A stretch of 64,000 nt of DNA from Patescibacteria group bacterium (lineage in GTDB: Bacteria > Patescibacteriota > Patescibacteriia > Patescibacteriales > UBA12465). The stretch's first letter is position 1. Each line of letters opens with the position of its first letter. Below, one piece after another: positions 9,259-18,493 of the stretch. Below the pieces are notes generated by a model. The model did not search any database, was not told the DNA's origin, and worked only from the letters and a program-made list of their open reading frames with translations. Made by a program: the position numbers and the translations under genes. The stretch is taken from NCBI GenBank assembly GCA_041671365.1, contig JBAZBP010000001.1, positions 325,518 to 389,517 on the forward strand. The letters run 5' to 3'.

Positions 9259-10336
9259 GATTAAAAATAGTAAAATTAAAGTTTTAGTGGCGATGTCCGG
9301 AGGGGTTGATTCCAGCGTGGCGGCGCAGCTTTTAAAAAATCAGGGATATGAAGTCGCCGGAGTATTTTTACATTTTTGGAAAGATTCTTCGGACGGAGTG
9401 GAGAGAGAAAATGGCTGTTGTTCTTTGGCAGCCTGGTTGGACGCGCAGGCCGTAGCTAAAAAAATCGGTATTCCTTTATATACTTTTAATTTTTCCGATC
9501 CCTTTAAAGCGGCAGTGGTGGATAATTTTTTGCGTGAGTATTCGTCCGGCCGGACTCCTAACCCTTGCGTAGTTTGCAATAAGCGGGTGAAGATCGGTTT
9601 ATTATTGAAACAGGCCCGTCTTTTAGGTTTTGATTATGTAGCGACCGGACATTATTTGAAAATTAAACCGGTCGGACGCGAAATTCAACTATTTAAAGCG
9701 ACTGATAAAAAGAAGGATCAATCCTATTTTTTATATACCTTTACTCCCGCAGAATTAAAACATTTAATGTTTCCTCTGGGTGCTTATACTAAAGCTAGGG
9801 TCAGGGTTCTGGCCGAAAAATTTAAGTTAAAAGTCGCGACCAAACCGGAAAGCCAGGATATTTGCTTTGTGGCCGGTTCGCATAATGATTTTTTGAAGAG
9901 GCATTTAGATTTAAAGCCCGGCGATATTAGACTTTTGAGCGATAATAAAAAAATTGGTGAACATCAAGGTTTAGCCCTTTATACCCTTGGCCAGCGTCGG
10001 GGATTAGTTAATGGGGGCGGACCATATTATGTCGCCAAACTTGACCGGCGGAAAAATATTTTATATGTCGTTAAAAACTGGGATGAAAAAAATCTTTATC
10101 AAAATAAATTAATCGCTAACAAAGTAAACTGGTTGAGCGGCCAAGCGCCGCGCCGCGCTCTGAAATGCCAGGCGGTTATTCGCTATGGCCATCAGGCCGA
10201 ACTCTGCGTTGTTAGCCTGAGGAGTAAAAATAATTATGTCGTTAAATTTTCTCGACCGCAGCGAGTTATTACTTCCGGTCAAAGCGTGGTTTTTTATAAT
10301 AGAGCCAGACTGTTGGGCGGAGGGATTATTAAATAA
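9245..10336 (+). CDS. mnmA: tRNA 2-thiouridine(34) synthase MnmA
   Basis: PP-loop VAMSGGVDSSVAA, NPCVVCNKRVK and ATGHY. The ATG at 9245 is preferred over the track start at 9164, which lies inside the upstream GT gene. Confidence 0.9.
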   Translation: MKINKIKNSKIKVLVAMSGGVDSSVAAQLLKNQGYEVAGVFLHFWKDSSDGVERENGCCSLAAWLDAQAVAKKIGIPLYTFNFSDPFKAAVVDNFLREYSSGRTPNPCVVCNKRVKIGLLLKQARLLGFDYVATGHYLKIKPVGREIQLFKATDKKKDQSYFLYTFTPAELKHLMFPLGAYTKARVRVLAEKFKLKVATKPESQDICFVAGSHNDFLKRHLDLKPGDIRLLSDNKKIGEHQGLALYTLGQRRGLVNGGGPYYVAKLDRRKNILYVVKNWDEKNLYQNKLIANKVNWLSGQAPRRALKCQAVIRYGHQAELCVVSLRSKNNYVVKFSRPQRVITSGQSVVFYNRARLLGGGIIK

Positions 10337-10345
10337 GTAATTACT

Positions 10346-10377
10346 AAAAAATAGGCTGAAAATTTTAGCCTATTTTT
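10346..10377. terminator. bidirectional intrinsic terminator between convergent genes
   Basis: aaaaataggct-gaaaatttt-agcctattttt, with A and T tracts on both sides. Confidence 0.6.
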
Positions 10378-10392
10378 ATGTGCCTAAAGTTA

Positions 10393-11484
10393 TTATTTAA
10401 AAATTAATAAACCGATTTTTCCGGTTCCGTTGTAGTCGAAGACTAACTTTCGACCGTCGGATGACCAGCGGGGATGAGCGGCGAATTTTTTTCCGGAATT
10501 AGTAAGTTTAATTTGGCCGCTGCCGTCAGCGTTTATAGCATAAATATCCCACTCCAGTATATTCATCCCGTCGTCCTTTTCGACACTATAAGCAATTATA
10601 CTCCCGTCGGGAGACCAGGCGGCATCTCCAATTCCGGATTCGGTCGTAACCATCGTTTTCTCGGAGCCGTCAATATTCATTGTCATTAGTCGTCCGGGGG
10701 TTGTGTATTCGTGATAAACAATTTTAGTGCCATCGGGAGAGACGAGCGGGGCGGTAAAAGCGTCGCCGGTCAGTTTTTTAATTGTGCCATCTCGGGTAGC
10801 CGATTTGATGATGGATTCATTTCCGGCGCCGGTATCATTATCGAAAGTATAGAAAAAAATAGGCCTCCCATCATCTTTCTGATCCTTTTTAGCACCGTTT
10901 GTATCAATGACGGTAAAATTTTCAAGAGATGTTTTATTTTCATAAATAAACCCGATTTCATCACCGGAGATCCATTTCGGATATAAAATATTCGCCACCG
11001 GTCCAAAAATTTGTCTGACCTCTTTAGATTGGACATTAATAACATTCAGCACTTCCTCTCTTGATTCCGCCGGGGTATTTGCTGAGTTGAAAGTGACAAT
11101 AAAAATAAAATTTCCCTCCGGCGACCATTCATAGTCGTCAACCGCGGAAAGAGTGCCTTGATATAAATTTTTTAAGTTTGATCCATTAATATCGATTAGC
11201 CATAGCCCTTCGTTTTGTCCACGCGATTCAAAAAGAATTTTTTGGCCATCAGGAGAAAACCGGGGATGCGATCCGGCGATAGTTAGATCTAATTCTTTTG
11301 TTTCTTGAATAATTAAGTCGTCGGTTTTTTTAGGAATATTCAGTGGCGGCGAAATGGGGTTAGTTTGTGGTGTGATTATAATCGGTATTGTCGGTTTTTT
11401 TTCAAAAATAAAATATCCTATTATACCTAAGATTAGGATAATTATCGGGATAAAAATAATTTTCATCCAATTATTTTGTTTCAT
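10393..11484 (-). CDS. membrane-anchored PD40/TolB-like beta-propeller repeat protein
   Basis: Repeated SPDG/WSPDG/WSSDG motifs (FSPDGQKILF, WSPEGNFIF, VSPDGTKIVY, WSPDGSIIAY, WSSDGRKLVF). N-terminal TM segment. The start is set at MKQNNW because the longer track ORF runs into the tRNA-Leu gene. Confidence 0.75.
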   Translation of the reverse strand: MKQNNWMKIIFIPIIILILGIIGYFIFEKKPTIPIIITPQTNPISPPLNIPKKTDDLIIQETKELDLTIAGSHPRFSPDGQKILFESRGQNEGLWLIDINGSNLKNLYQGTLSAVDDYEWSPEGNFIFIVTFNSANTPAESREEVLNVINVQSKEVRQIFGPVANILYPKWISGDEIGFIYENKTSLENFTVIDTNGAKKDQKDDGRPIFFYTFDNDTGAGNESIIKSATRDGTIKKLTGDAFTAPLVSPDGTKIVYHEYTTPGRLMTMNIDGSEKTMVTTESGIGDAAWSPDGSIIAYSVEKDDGMNILEWDIYAINADGSGQIKLTNSGKKFAAHPRWSSDGRKLVFDYNGTGKIGLLIFK

Positions 11485-11486
11485 TG

Positions 11487-11570
11487 TGCCGCGAGAGGGA
11501 ATCGAACCCTCACTGAGTCGCCCCAACACGATTTTGAGTCGTGCGCGTCTACCAGTTCCGCCATCGCGGC
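11487..11570 (-). tRNA. tRNA-Leu (anticodon CAA), class II with long variable arm
   Basis: Reverse complement is gccgcgatggcggaactggtagacgcgcacgactcaaaatcgtgttggggcgactcagtgagggttcgattccctctcgcggca.
It folds as a cloverleaf with anticodon loop cuCAAaa and T-loop ggg-ttcgatt-ccc.
No encoded CCA. Confidence 0.92.
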
Positions 11571-11683
11571 TAAATCAATCTTGGATTATCGTTTGTTAAT
11601 TACGAGGCTTAGTATAATAAATAAATCATTAATTGTCAAAAACACTTTTTTAGTTTATAATATTTTTAGACAGGAAAAAATAT

Positions 11684-12448
11684 ATGAGTAAAATATTAGC
11701 CATCGTTAATCAAAAAGGCGGCGTCGGTAAAACTACGACCGCTGTTAATATTGGCGCTTATCTGGCCCATTTGGGTAAACAGGTGCTGCTCGTTGATATC
11801 GATCCGCAAGCGAATGCGACTTCCGGGCTGGGGATAGACCATCGAAATTTGGAAGCGGGAGTTTATGAGGCTTTAATCGGTACTAAAGAATTGTTAAGTG
11901 TTATTAAGAGAACCGTGCAATCCGGTTTAAAAATTGCCCCGGCCACTATTTCACTGGCCGGCGCCGGAGTGGAGCTGGTCGGTCTGGATAATCGGGAGTT
12001 TCGTTTAGCTAATATCTTAGAGGAAGTTAAAAAAGATTTCGATTATATTATTATTGACGGTCCGCCTTCTCTCGGACTCTTGACTATTAACAGTTTAGTG
12101 GCCGCCGATGAGGTTTTAATTCCGATTCAAAGCGAATATTATGCTTTAGAAGGTTTAAGCCAGTTGTTGGAAACTATCGGTTTGGTCCAGAACAATCTAA
12201 AACCTAGTTTAGGAATTATGGGAGCGATTATTACTATGTTTGATCGTCGGAATAAATTATCGGAATCCGTCATGGGGGAGCTTTATCAATATTTTCCCAA
12301 TCGGATTTTCCGTTCGGTCATTCCGCGCAGCGTCCGTTTAGCTGAGGCCCCGAGTTATGGTCGTTCTATTTTACATTACGATCCGAAGTCTAAAGGCGGT
12401 AAGGCTTATGAGGGTTTGGCTAAAGAAATTATCAGCTTAGAAAGATAA
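11684..12448 (+). CDS. parA: chromosome partitioning ATPase ParA/Soj
   Basis: Deviant Walker A box NQKGGVGKTTT. Typical length, and followed by parB. Confidence 0.92.
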   Translation: MSKILAIVNQKGGVGKTTTAVNIGAYLAHLGKQVLLVDIDPQANATSGLGIDHRNLEAGVYEALIGTKELLSVIKRTVQSGLKIAPATISLAGAGVELVGLDNREFRLANILEEVKKDFDYIIIDGPPSLGLLTINSLVAADEVLIPIQSEYYALEGLSQLLETIGLVQNNLKPSLGIMGAIITMFDRRNKLSESVMGELYQYFPNRIFRSVIPRSVRLAEAPSYGRSILHYDPKSKGGKAYEGLAKEIISLER

Positions 12449-12483
12449 GTGTTATAAATTAATAATTATTTGTTTTAAAATAT

Positions 12484-13362
12484 ATGCCTCAAGGTCTCGG
12501 CCGAGGACTCGGCTCGCTCATCCCTAAAAAAACTGTGACTTACGGTCAAAATCCGTTTAAAACCGGCACGACCGAAGAAGAAATAGTCGTGTTGCACGAT
12601 GGCGACCGAATTCTAAAAATTAATCCGGATAGAATCAGTATTAACCCGCAGCAGCCGCGGACGCATTTTTCGGAAGTTGCTCTAAACGATTTAGCCGAGT
12701 CAATTAAACAGCACGGCATTATCCAGCCGTTGATTGTGACAAAAAAAGATGATCATTTCGAACTGATTGCCGGCGAGCGGCGATTACGCAGTGCTAAGAT
12801 GATTGGGCTTCAGGAGGTGCCGGTAATTGTTCGAGCCGAACAGGAACAAAAAAAATTAGAACTAGCTCTGATTGAAAATTTACAGCGCGAGGATTTAAAT
12901 CCTCTGGAAAGTGCGCGAGCTTATCGCCGCCTGATCGAGGAATTCAATATTACCCAAGAAGAGGCGGCGCATAAACTGGGTAAAGCGCGTTCCAGCGTGG
13001 CCAACGCTTTACGTCTTTTAACTTTGCCGGCAGAAATTCAAGTCGCTCTGGAGAGCGGTAAAATTACCGAAGCGCACGCCAAGTATTTGTTAGGTTTGGA
13101 AGGCGAAGACCGACAACTTAATATGCTGAAGAAAATTTTACGTCAGAATTTGACCGTCGCCCAGACCGATCAAGAAATTAAAAGAATGGGCGGAACGAAA
13201 GCCGCTAAACAAAAGGATTATTTTGATCGCGCCAAAGAAGAAGAATTGGGAGAATTCTTAAGTACGAAAGTTGAACTTAAAAGGCAAGGGAAAGGTGGAA
13301 AAATTATAATTGATTTTTATAGCGAAGAGGAATTGAATGAGATAGTGAAGAAGATAAAATAG
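12484..13362 (+). CDS. parB: chromosome partitioning protein ParB/Spo0J
   Basis: ParB box LIAGERRLRSAKMIGLQEVPVIV and an HTH region QEEAAHKLGKARSSVANALRLL. Ends with TAG. Confidence 0.92.
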   Translation: MPQGLGRGLGSLIPKKTVTYGQNPFKTGTTEEEIVVLHDGDRILKINPDRISINPQQPRTHFSEVALNDLAESIKQHGIIQPLIVTKKDDHFELIAGERRLRSAKMIGLQEVPVIVRAEQEQKKLELALIENLQREDLNPLESARAYRRLIEEFNITQEEAAHKLGKARSSVANALRLLTLPAEIQVALESGKITEAHAKYLLGLEGEDRQLNMLKKILRQNLTVAQTDQEIKRMGGTKAAKQKDYFDRAKEEELGEFLSTKVELKRQGKGGKIIIDFYSEEELNEIVKKIK

Positions 13363-13371
13363 TTTAAAAAA

Positions 13372-14697
13372 TTAGAGTAAATGATTAATTTGATTTAGAT
13401 TATTTTTAATTGCTAAAGGCACTTTTGGCAGATTATGTTTAATATAATCTCGAGCCAAAGCGACGTTATTTTTACTTAAATCTACAATCAAAGCGTAGCG
13501 TATTTCCCAGGCGGCATCAGGATCAGAAGTAATTTTTTTAATAATTTTTTCAATATTTAGAGATAATATTTCTAAGTTTTTTGACCCTAAAGTTGTTGTC
13601 CAAACATTCTTAACAGCTGGTAGATTTTTAAGTCGTTGACTAATCTTTTCTAAATTATTCAGTAATTTAAGATTCTTTTCTTTTTTTAAGTCGATTGGAT
13701 TTTTAGTTAAAGTTTCATAAATTCTGAGAATAAAATTATCGTCTCGCACGACATAATTTTTATCGTATTCCGATTCCTCTGAAGAATCCGCAGAGTTATC
13801 GACGGTTGAACCAAAATCTACCAAATAAAAGTCGGCTATTCCTCCAGCTGAGTCATAAGTTAGCATAATATTACGTTCATGCAAATCTCGATGGTAAATA
13901 CCGTTTTTATTCAAATAATTAAGGGTTTTTTTAATTTTATTGAATTTTTCTACAGGTAGCTGAAAATCTTTATTTTGTAAAAATTTAATTATTTTTAAAT
14001 GATTGTCTCGGTCTATTTTATCGGTATTGATGGCATTGTCTTGTTGATCGTCGTAGGTTAAACCGACGAGAAAGCTAACCACTTCGTTAAGTCTGGTAAA
14101 ATCTGGTTGAGTTTTTCCGGTCTTAATTTCTTCGCGAAATTCAATCAGTTCGCGATCATTCAATAAATCTCGATCAGTCGCGCGCTTAATTATTTCTTTA
14201 TAAAGGTAAGAGCCGAAATCATCGCCGGGGATAAAATCCATTAGTAGTACATCACATTTTTTGCTGGACAAGTCTATGCCATCTGATTCTAATTTATTAC
14301 GGAGCACGGTATCGTTATTATTGATACTCAGCTGACGATAAAAATAGATTTGTGGGATTTTAATAAATTCTTCGGGATTTGTTTGATTTATTAAATTATA
14401 AGCCCGTTGCTGCATCTCAAACTCTTGTTTGCCGGCTCCAAATTGATAAATTTTTAAAATTTTAGTGGCCAATTCCAACGGTTCCTTGACTTTTATATTG
14501 GTATTTATTCGGTTAAGATTAAAGTTGATTTTCGCTGGTATATGATCTAAATTAACCATACCAATTATACCCTTATTACCCTCATTTATTTTTTTTGATT
14601 TTAGTAAAATTTCAGTTTTAAGATAATCTTCAAATTTCTTTTCGCTTTCGTTTGATTCCTGATTTGGTTCTGTTGTTTTTGTTTCAAAATTTCTCAT
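13372..14697 (-). CDS. protein kinase-like fold protein (ePK/APH-like), atypical
   Basis: Catalytic loop YHRDLHERNIM followed by LVDFGS (DFG). Candidate beta3 Lys in ATKILKIY and a hinge-like LLMDFIPGDDF. No clear Gly-rich loop. Confidence 0.6.
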   Translation of the reverse strand: MRNFETKTTEPNQESNESEKKFEDYLKTEILLKSKKINEGNKGIIGMVNLDHIPAKINFNLNRINTNIKVKEPLELATKILKIYQFGAGKQEFEMQQRAYNLINQTNPEEFIKIPQIYFYRQLSINNNDTVLRNKLESDGIDLSSKKCDVLLMDFIPGDDFGSYLYKEIIKRATDRDLLNDRELIEFREEIKTGKTQPDFTRLNEVVSFLVGLTYDDQQDNAINTDKIDRDNHLKIIKFLQNKDFQLPVEKFNKIKKTLNYLNKNGIYHRDLHERNIMLTYDSAGGIADFYLVDFGSTVDNSADSSEESEYDKNYVVRDDNFILRIYETLTKNPIDLKKEKNLKLLNNLEKISQRLKNLPAVKNVWTTTLGSKNLEILSLNIEKIIKKITSDPDAAWEIRYALIVDLSKNNVALARDYIKHNLPKVPLAIKNNLNQINHLL

Positions 14698-14816
14698 AAT
14701 TATAGATCCTTCGCTACGCTCAGGATGACAAAAAAGTAAAGTTTTTATTTAAATAAATATCGGCCATTTGCTATCCTAAAACAGTTATATTAAAATAATA
14801 GCATAAAATTAAATTC

Positions 14817-17114
14817 ATGTCTTTTGTCCATCTCCACAATCATAGTCATTATTCATTATTAGACGGCTTAACTAAGCTGGATGAAATGATAAACTACGCT
14901 AAAGAACAGGGTTCGCCGGCGGTTGCTTTAACAGATCACGGGTCGATGTATGGCATTATAGAATTCTATCAAAAGGCTAAAAAGGCCGGCATTAAGCCGA
15001 TTATCGGAGTAGAAACATATTTAGTTCCCGGTTCGCGCTGGGATAAAAATACCCGCGATGATCGCGGTTATCACTTATTACTATTGGCTAAAAATTTAGC
15101 CGGCTATCGTAATTTAATAAAATTGGTGTCCCTGGCTCACATTGAGGGCTTCTATTACAAGCCGCGCATTGATTGGGAAATCCTAGAAAAATATCATGAA
15201 GGTTTGATTGCCTCGACCGCTTGCCTGGCCGGGGAAATTCCGCGTTTAATCACCGCCGATAAGTCAGCGGTCGCCGCCCAAAGGATAAAAGAGTATCAAC
15301 AACTGTTCGGCAAGGGTAATTTTTATTTGGAAATTCAGGATCACCCCGAATTAGAGGACCAAATTAAAGTAAATCAGCAGTTGATTAAATTTTCCCGGGA
15401 GTTAAATATTCCATTGATAGCCACTAATGATGTTCATTATTTGCGTAAAGAAGACGCGGAAGCCCAAGATATTTTACTCTGCTTGCAGAATAAGAAAAAA
15501 ATTACCGATACTGATCGCATGAAAATGCTGGGGCATGGCGACTACTCCATGCGTTCCAATGTTGACATGATTAATGCCTTTAAGGAAACACCAGAAGCGA
15601 TTAAGAATACTTTAAAAATTGCGGAAGAATGTAATGTGGAAATTGAATTAGGAAATATTCAATTACCGCATTTTGAAGTACCGGTCGGTTATGACGGAAA
15701 TTCCTATTTACGTAAATGGTGCGAGGAGGGAATTAGTAAACGTTTTCCGGAAGCGGACTCCGAAGTTTTAACAAAAATTAAAGAACGTGTGGACTATGAG
15801 TTGGAAGTTATCGCCAAAATGGGCTGGCCGTCTTATTTTTTAATCGTGGCTGATTTTATTAACTGGGCGAAAGACAATAAAATAGTAGTCGGTCCGGGTC
15901 GCGGCTCGGCCGCCGGTTCGATGGTTTGTTTTTTAACGGGTATCACGAATCTTGATCCGCTTAAATATGATTTGTTGTTTGAACGATTTTTAAATCCGGA
16001 GCGTATTTCTATGCCCGATATCGATATGGATTTTGCCGATATTCGTCGGGCGGAAGTTTTAAATTATGTCGAGGAAAAGTATGGCCATGATCATGTGGCC
16101 CAAATTATTACTTTCGGGACAATGGCCGCCCGAGCCGCCGTTCGTGATGTCGGTCGTGTTTTAGATGAACCCTACGAATATTGCGATAAAATTTCTAAAA
16201 GTATTCCGATGTTCATGAAATTGGACGAAGCTCTTAAGGCCGTTCCCGAGCTAAGAGAAATGTATAGTAAAGAACCGGCCGCTAAGCGTATTTTAGATTA
16301 CGCCAAGCGTTTAGAAGGCGTGGCTCGCCATGCGTCTACTCATGCTTGCGGTGTCTTAATTACCAAGAATCCGTTAACTGAATATGTGCCGATTCAATAT
16401 GCTTCTTCGTCTGATCGCAGTATTATTTCTCAATATTCTTTGCATCCGATTGAGGATTTAGGTTTGTTGAAAATGGATTTTTTAGGTTTAAAAAATTTAA
16501 CAATCATTGAATCAACTCTTAAAATTATTAAAAATACCCGTGGTCTGGAAATAAACATTGATAATATTCCGTTAGACGATCCAGCCACCTATAAATTATT
16601 CCAAAACGGAGAAACAACCGGAGTATTCCAGTTTGAATCAACGGGCATGAAACGCTATCTGCGCGATTTAAAGCCGACGGAATTTGAGGATATTATTGCC
16701 ATGGTCGCTCTATATCGACCCGGACCGATGGAGTGGATTCCTGATTATATCGCCGGCAAGCATCAAACCAAAAAAGTTGTTTATTTGCATCAAAAATTAG
16801 CGCCGATTTTAGAGAAAACTTACGGCGTGGCTATTTATCAGGAACAGGTTATGCAAATCGCCCGTGATCTCGCCGGTTTCACTATGGGACAAGCTGATGT
16901 TTTGCGTAAAGCGATGGGTAAAAAAATTGCCTCTCTTTTGGCCGAACAAAAAGAAAAATTTATCGAAGGATGCGTTAAAAATGGTGTTTATCAGGAGTTA
17001 GGGGAAAAAGTTTTTTCTTTTATTGAACCGTTTGCCGGTTATGGTTTTAACCGCAGCCACGCCGCCTGCTACGCCATGATTGGTTATCAGACCGCTTTCT
17101 TAAAAGCGCATTAG
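14817..17114 (+). CDS. dnaE: DNA polymerase III alpha subunit DnaE, N-terminal 765 codons (PHP, palm and part of fingers), ending at an in-frame TAG
   Basis: PHP start FVHLHNHSHYSLLDG, PDIDMDF, GVARHASTHACGV and FNRSHAACYAMIGYQTAFLKAH. The TAG falls where DnaE orthologues have Tyr. Confidence 0.9.
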   Translation: MSFVHLHNHSHYSLLDGLTKLDEMINYAKEQGSPAVALTDHGSMYGIIEFYQKAKKAGIKPIIGVETYLVPGSRWDKNTRDDRGYHLLLLAKNLAGYRNLIKLVSLAHIEGFYYKPRIDWEILEKYHEGLIASTACLAGEIPRLITADKSAVAAQRIKEYQQLFGKGNFYLEIQDHPELEDQIKVNQQLIKFSRELNIPLIATNDVHYLRKEDAEAQDILLCLQNKKKITDTDRMKMLGHGDYSMRSNVDMINAFKETPEAIKNTLKIAEECNVEIELGNIQLPHFEVPVGYDGNSYLRKWCEEGISKRFPEADSEVLTKIKERVDYELEVIAKMGWPSYFLIVADFINWAKDNKIVVGPGRGSAAGSMVCFLTGITNLDPLKYDLLFERFLNPERISMPDIDMDFADIRRAEVLNYVEEKYGHDHVAQIITFGTMAARAAVRDVGRVLDEPYEYCDKISKSIPMFMKLDEALKAVPELREMYSKEPAAKRILDYAKRLEGVARHASTHACGVLITKNPLTEYVPIQYASSSDRSIISQYSLHPIEDLGLLKMDFLGLKNLTIIESTLKIIKNTRGLEINIDNIPLDDPATYKLFQNGETTGVFQFESTGMKRYLRDLKPTEFEDIIAMVALYRPGPMEWIPDYIAGKHQTKKVVYLHQKLAPILEKTYGVAIYQEQVMQIARDLAGFTMGQADVLRKAMGKKIASLLAEQKEKFIEGCVKNGVYQELGEKVFSFIEPFAGYGFNRSHAACYAMIGYQTAFLKAH

Positions 17115-17126
17115 CCGGTAGAATTC

Positions 17127-18380
17127 ATGGCGGCTCTTTTAACTTCCGATCAAGGCGACACCGATCGTGTGGCGATTGAAATTGAGGAATGCCGCAATAT
17201 GGGCATAAAAATTATGGCCCCGGATATTAACGAATCATACGCCACTTTTACAGTTGTCAGTGCGGGAGAAAAAAATAAAACTATTCGTTTCGGTTTGCAG
17301 GCGATTAAAAATGTCGGCGAACATATTATTACCGAAATTATTCGAGCTCGTAAAGAAGATGGTCATTATCAAGATGTTTTTGATTTACTCCAAAGAATTA
17401 CCGATAAAGATTTAAATAAAAAATCTTTAGAGAGCCTTATTAAAAGCGGTGCACTGGAAAGTTTCGGCGAACGCGGTCAGCTATTGGCCAATATTGAACG
17501 GCTTTTGAGTTTTAATAAAGAATTGGCCCGGTCTAAAGACAATAAGCAAAGCAGTTTATTCGCTGATTTGCCGCAAGTCGAAATAAATCATCTCAGTTTG
17601 AATCCCGCCCCGGCCGCGGAGCAAAATGAAAAATTAGTCTGGGAAAAAGAACTTCTGGGTTTGTATGTCAGCGAGCATCCTTATAATGTTTTCCGTCCTT
17701 ATTTAGTAAATTATGCCCCGCCGTTAGTGTCGTTAAAAAATCATAAAGGAGACGACCGGGTCGTAGTCGCCGGTATTATTTCCACGATTAAAAAAATTAT
17801 TACTCGTAAAGGAGAATCAATGTTGTTTGTTAAATTGGAAGATGCCACCAATACCGTAGAATTATTAATTTTTCCCAGATTACTCAAAGAAAATCCTGAT
17901 TTATGGATAGCCGGGCAGGCAATCATTACCGACGGCAAAATATCGGAAAAAGATCAGGACGTAAAAGTTTTAGTTAATCGAGCTCTTTCCTTAAATCCTT
18001 TGACACCTCAGAAATCAGTTGATGATTTTAAAAAACTTTTGCTCTCTCTGGGGCCGGTTAAGACTAATCGTTATAATAATTATAAATCCAAGCCCAATGA
18101 AACGGTGTCGGTTCTGAAAAAACCTGAAACGATGATCGTGCCCGGCAAATCAACAAAAAACATTTTACGCCTTATTTTTTTACAAGATTTAGCCGCTGCC
18201 GATCGGGAACGCCTTAAAGAAATTTTTTCTTTATTTCCCGGAGGCGACGAAGTGCGTTTAAAAATAATACAGAACGGCGAGGCGCAAATTATTAAAACTG
18301 CTTTTCTAGTCGATAACAATCAGAAATTACGAACTAAATTACAAATAGAATTTTCGACGATGATCAAATTAGTCGAATAA
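17127..18380 (+). CDS. dnaE: DNA polymerase III alpha subunit DnaE, C-terminal 417 codons, same frame as the upstream part
   Basis: Continuous with the upstream ORF through TAG-PVEF-MAALLTSD (compare E. coli KAHYPAEFMAAVMT). Contains IRFGLQAIKNVG and an OB-fold region. Confidence 0.9.
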   Translation: MAALLTSDQGDTDRVAIEIEECRNMGIKIMAPDINESYATFTVVSAGEKNKTIRFGLQAIKNVGEHIITEIIRARKEDGHYQDVFDLLQRITDKDLNKKSLESLIKSGALESFGERGQLLANIERLLSFNKELARSKDNKQSSLFADLPQVEINHLSLNPAPAAEQNEKLVWEKELLGLYVSEHPYNVFRPYLVNYAPPLVSLKNHKGDDRVVVAGIISTIKKIITRKGESMLFVKLEDATNTVELLIFPRLLKENPDLWIAGQAIITDGKISEKDQDVKVLVNRALSLNPLTPQKSVDDFKKLLLSLGPVKTNRYNNYKSKPNETVSVLKKPETMIVPGKSTKNILRLIFLQDLAAADRERLKEIFSLFPGGDEVRLKIIQNGEAQIIKTAFLVDNNQKLRTKLQIEFSTMIKLVE

Positions 18381-18493
18381 TTTCTTGTTAAATTGTTAGA
18401 AATCTAAAATTCTGTTATAATGGAATTGATAAATTAATTAGTCTAATTTTCATCTTCATAAATTTTCATAAAATTTTTAATTTTTTTGTTCTT

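Noticed and set aside
11485-11529. N-terminal extension of the PD40 protein (track start 11529)
   Set aside because: The extra 15 codons are the reverse strand of the tRNA-Leu gene body.
11571-12483. parS site (tgtttcacgtgaaaca-like) or DnaA-box cluster near parAB
   Set aside because: I found no cacgtg-centred palindrome or TTATCCACA-like cluster in the parA upstream region or the parA-parB spacer. A full-window computational scan was not possible.
14700-14740. Short GC-rich patch tccttcgctacgctcaggatgaca upstream of the kinase-like gene
   Set aside because: It has only a 5-bp potential stem (atcct/aggat). It is too short and too weak to call a feature.
17112-17114. Genome-wide reassignment of TAG as a sense codon
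   Set aside because: TAG is the apparent natural stop of parB (13360-13362), rplY (23800-23802) and the MFS gene (40994-40996). An RF1 gene with intact GGQ and PxT motifs is present, as is its methyltransferase PrmC.
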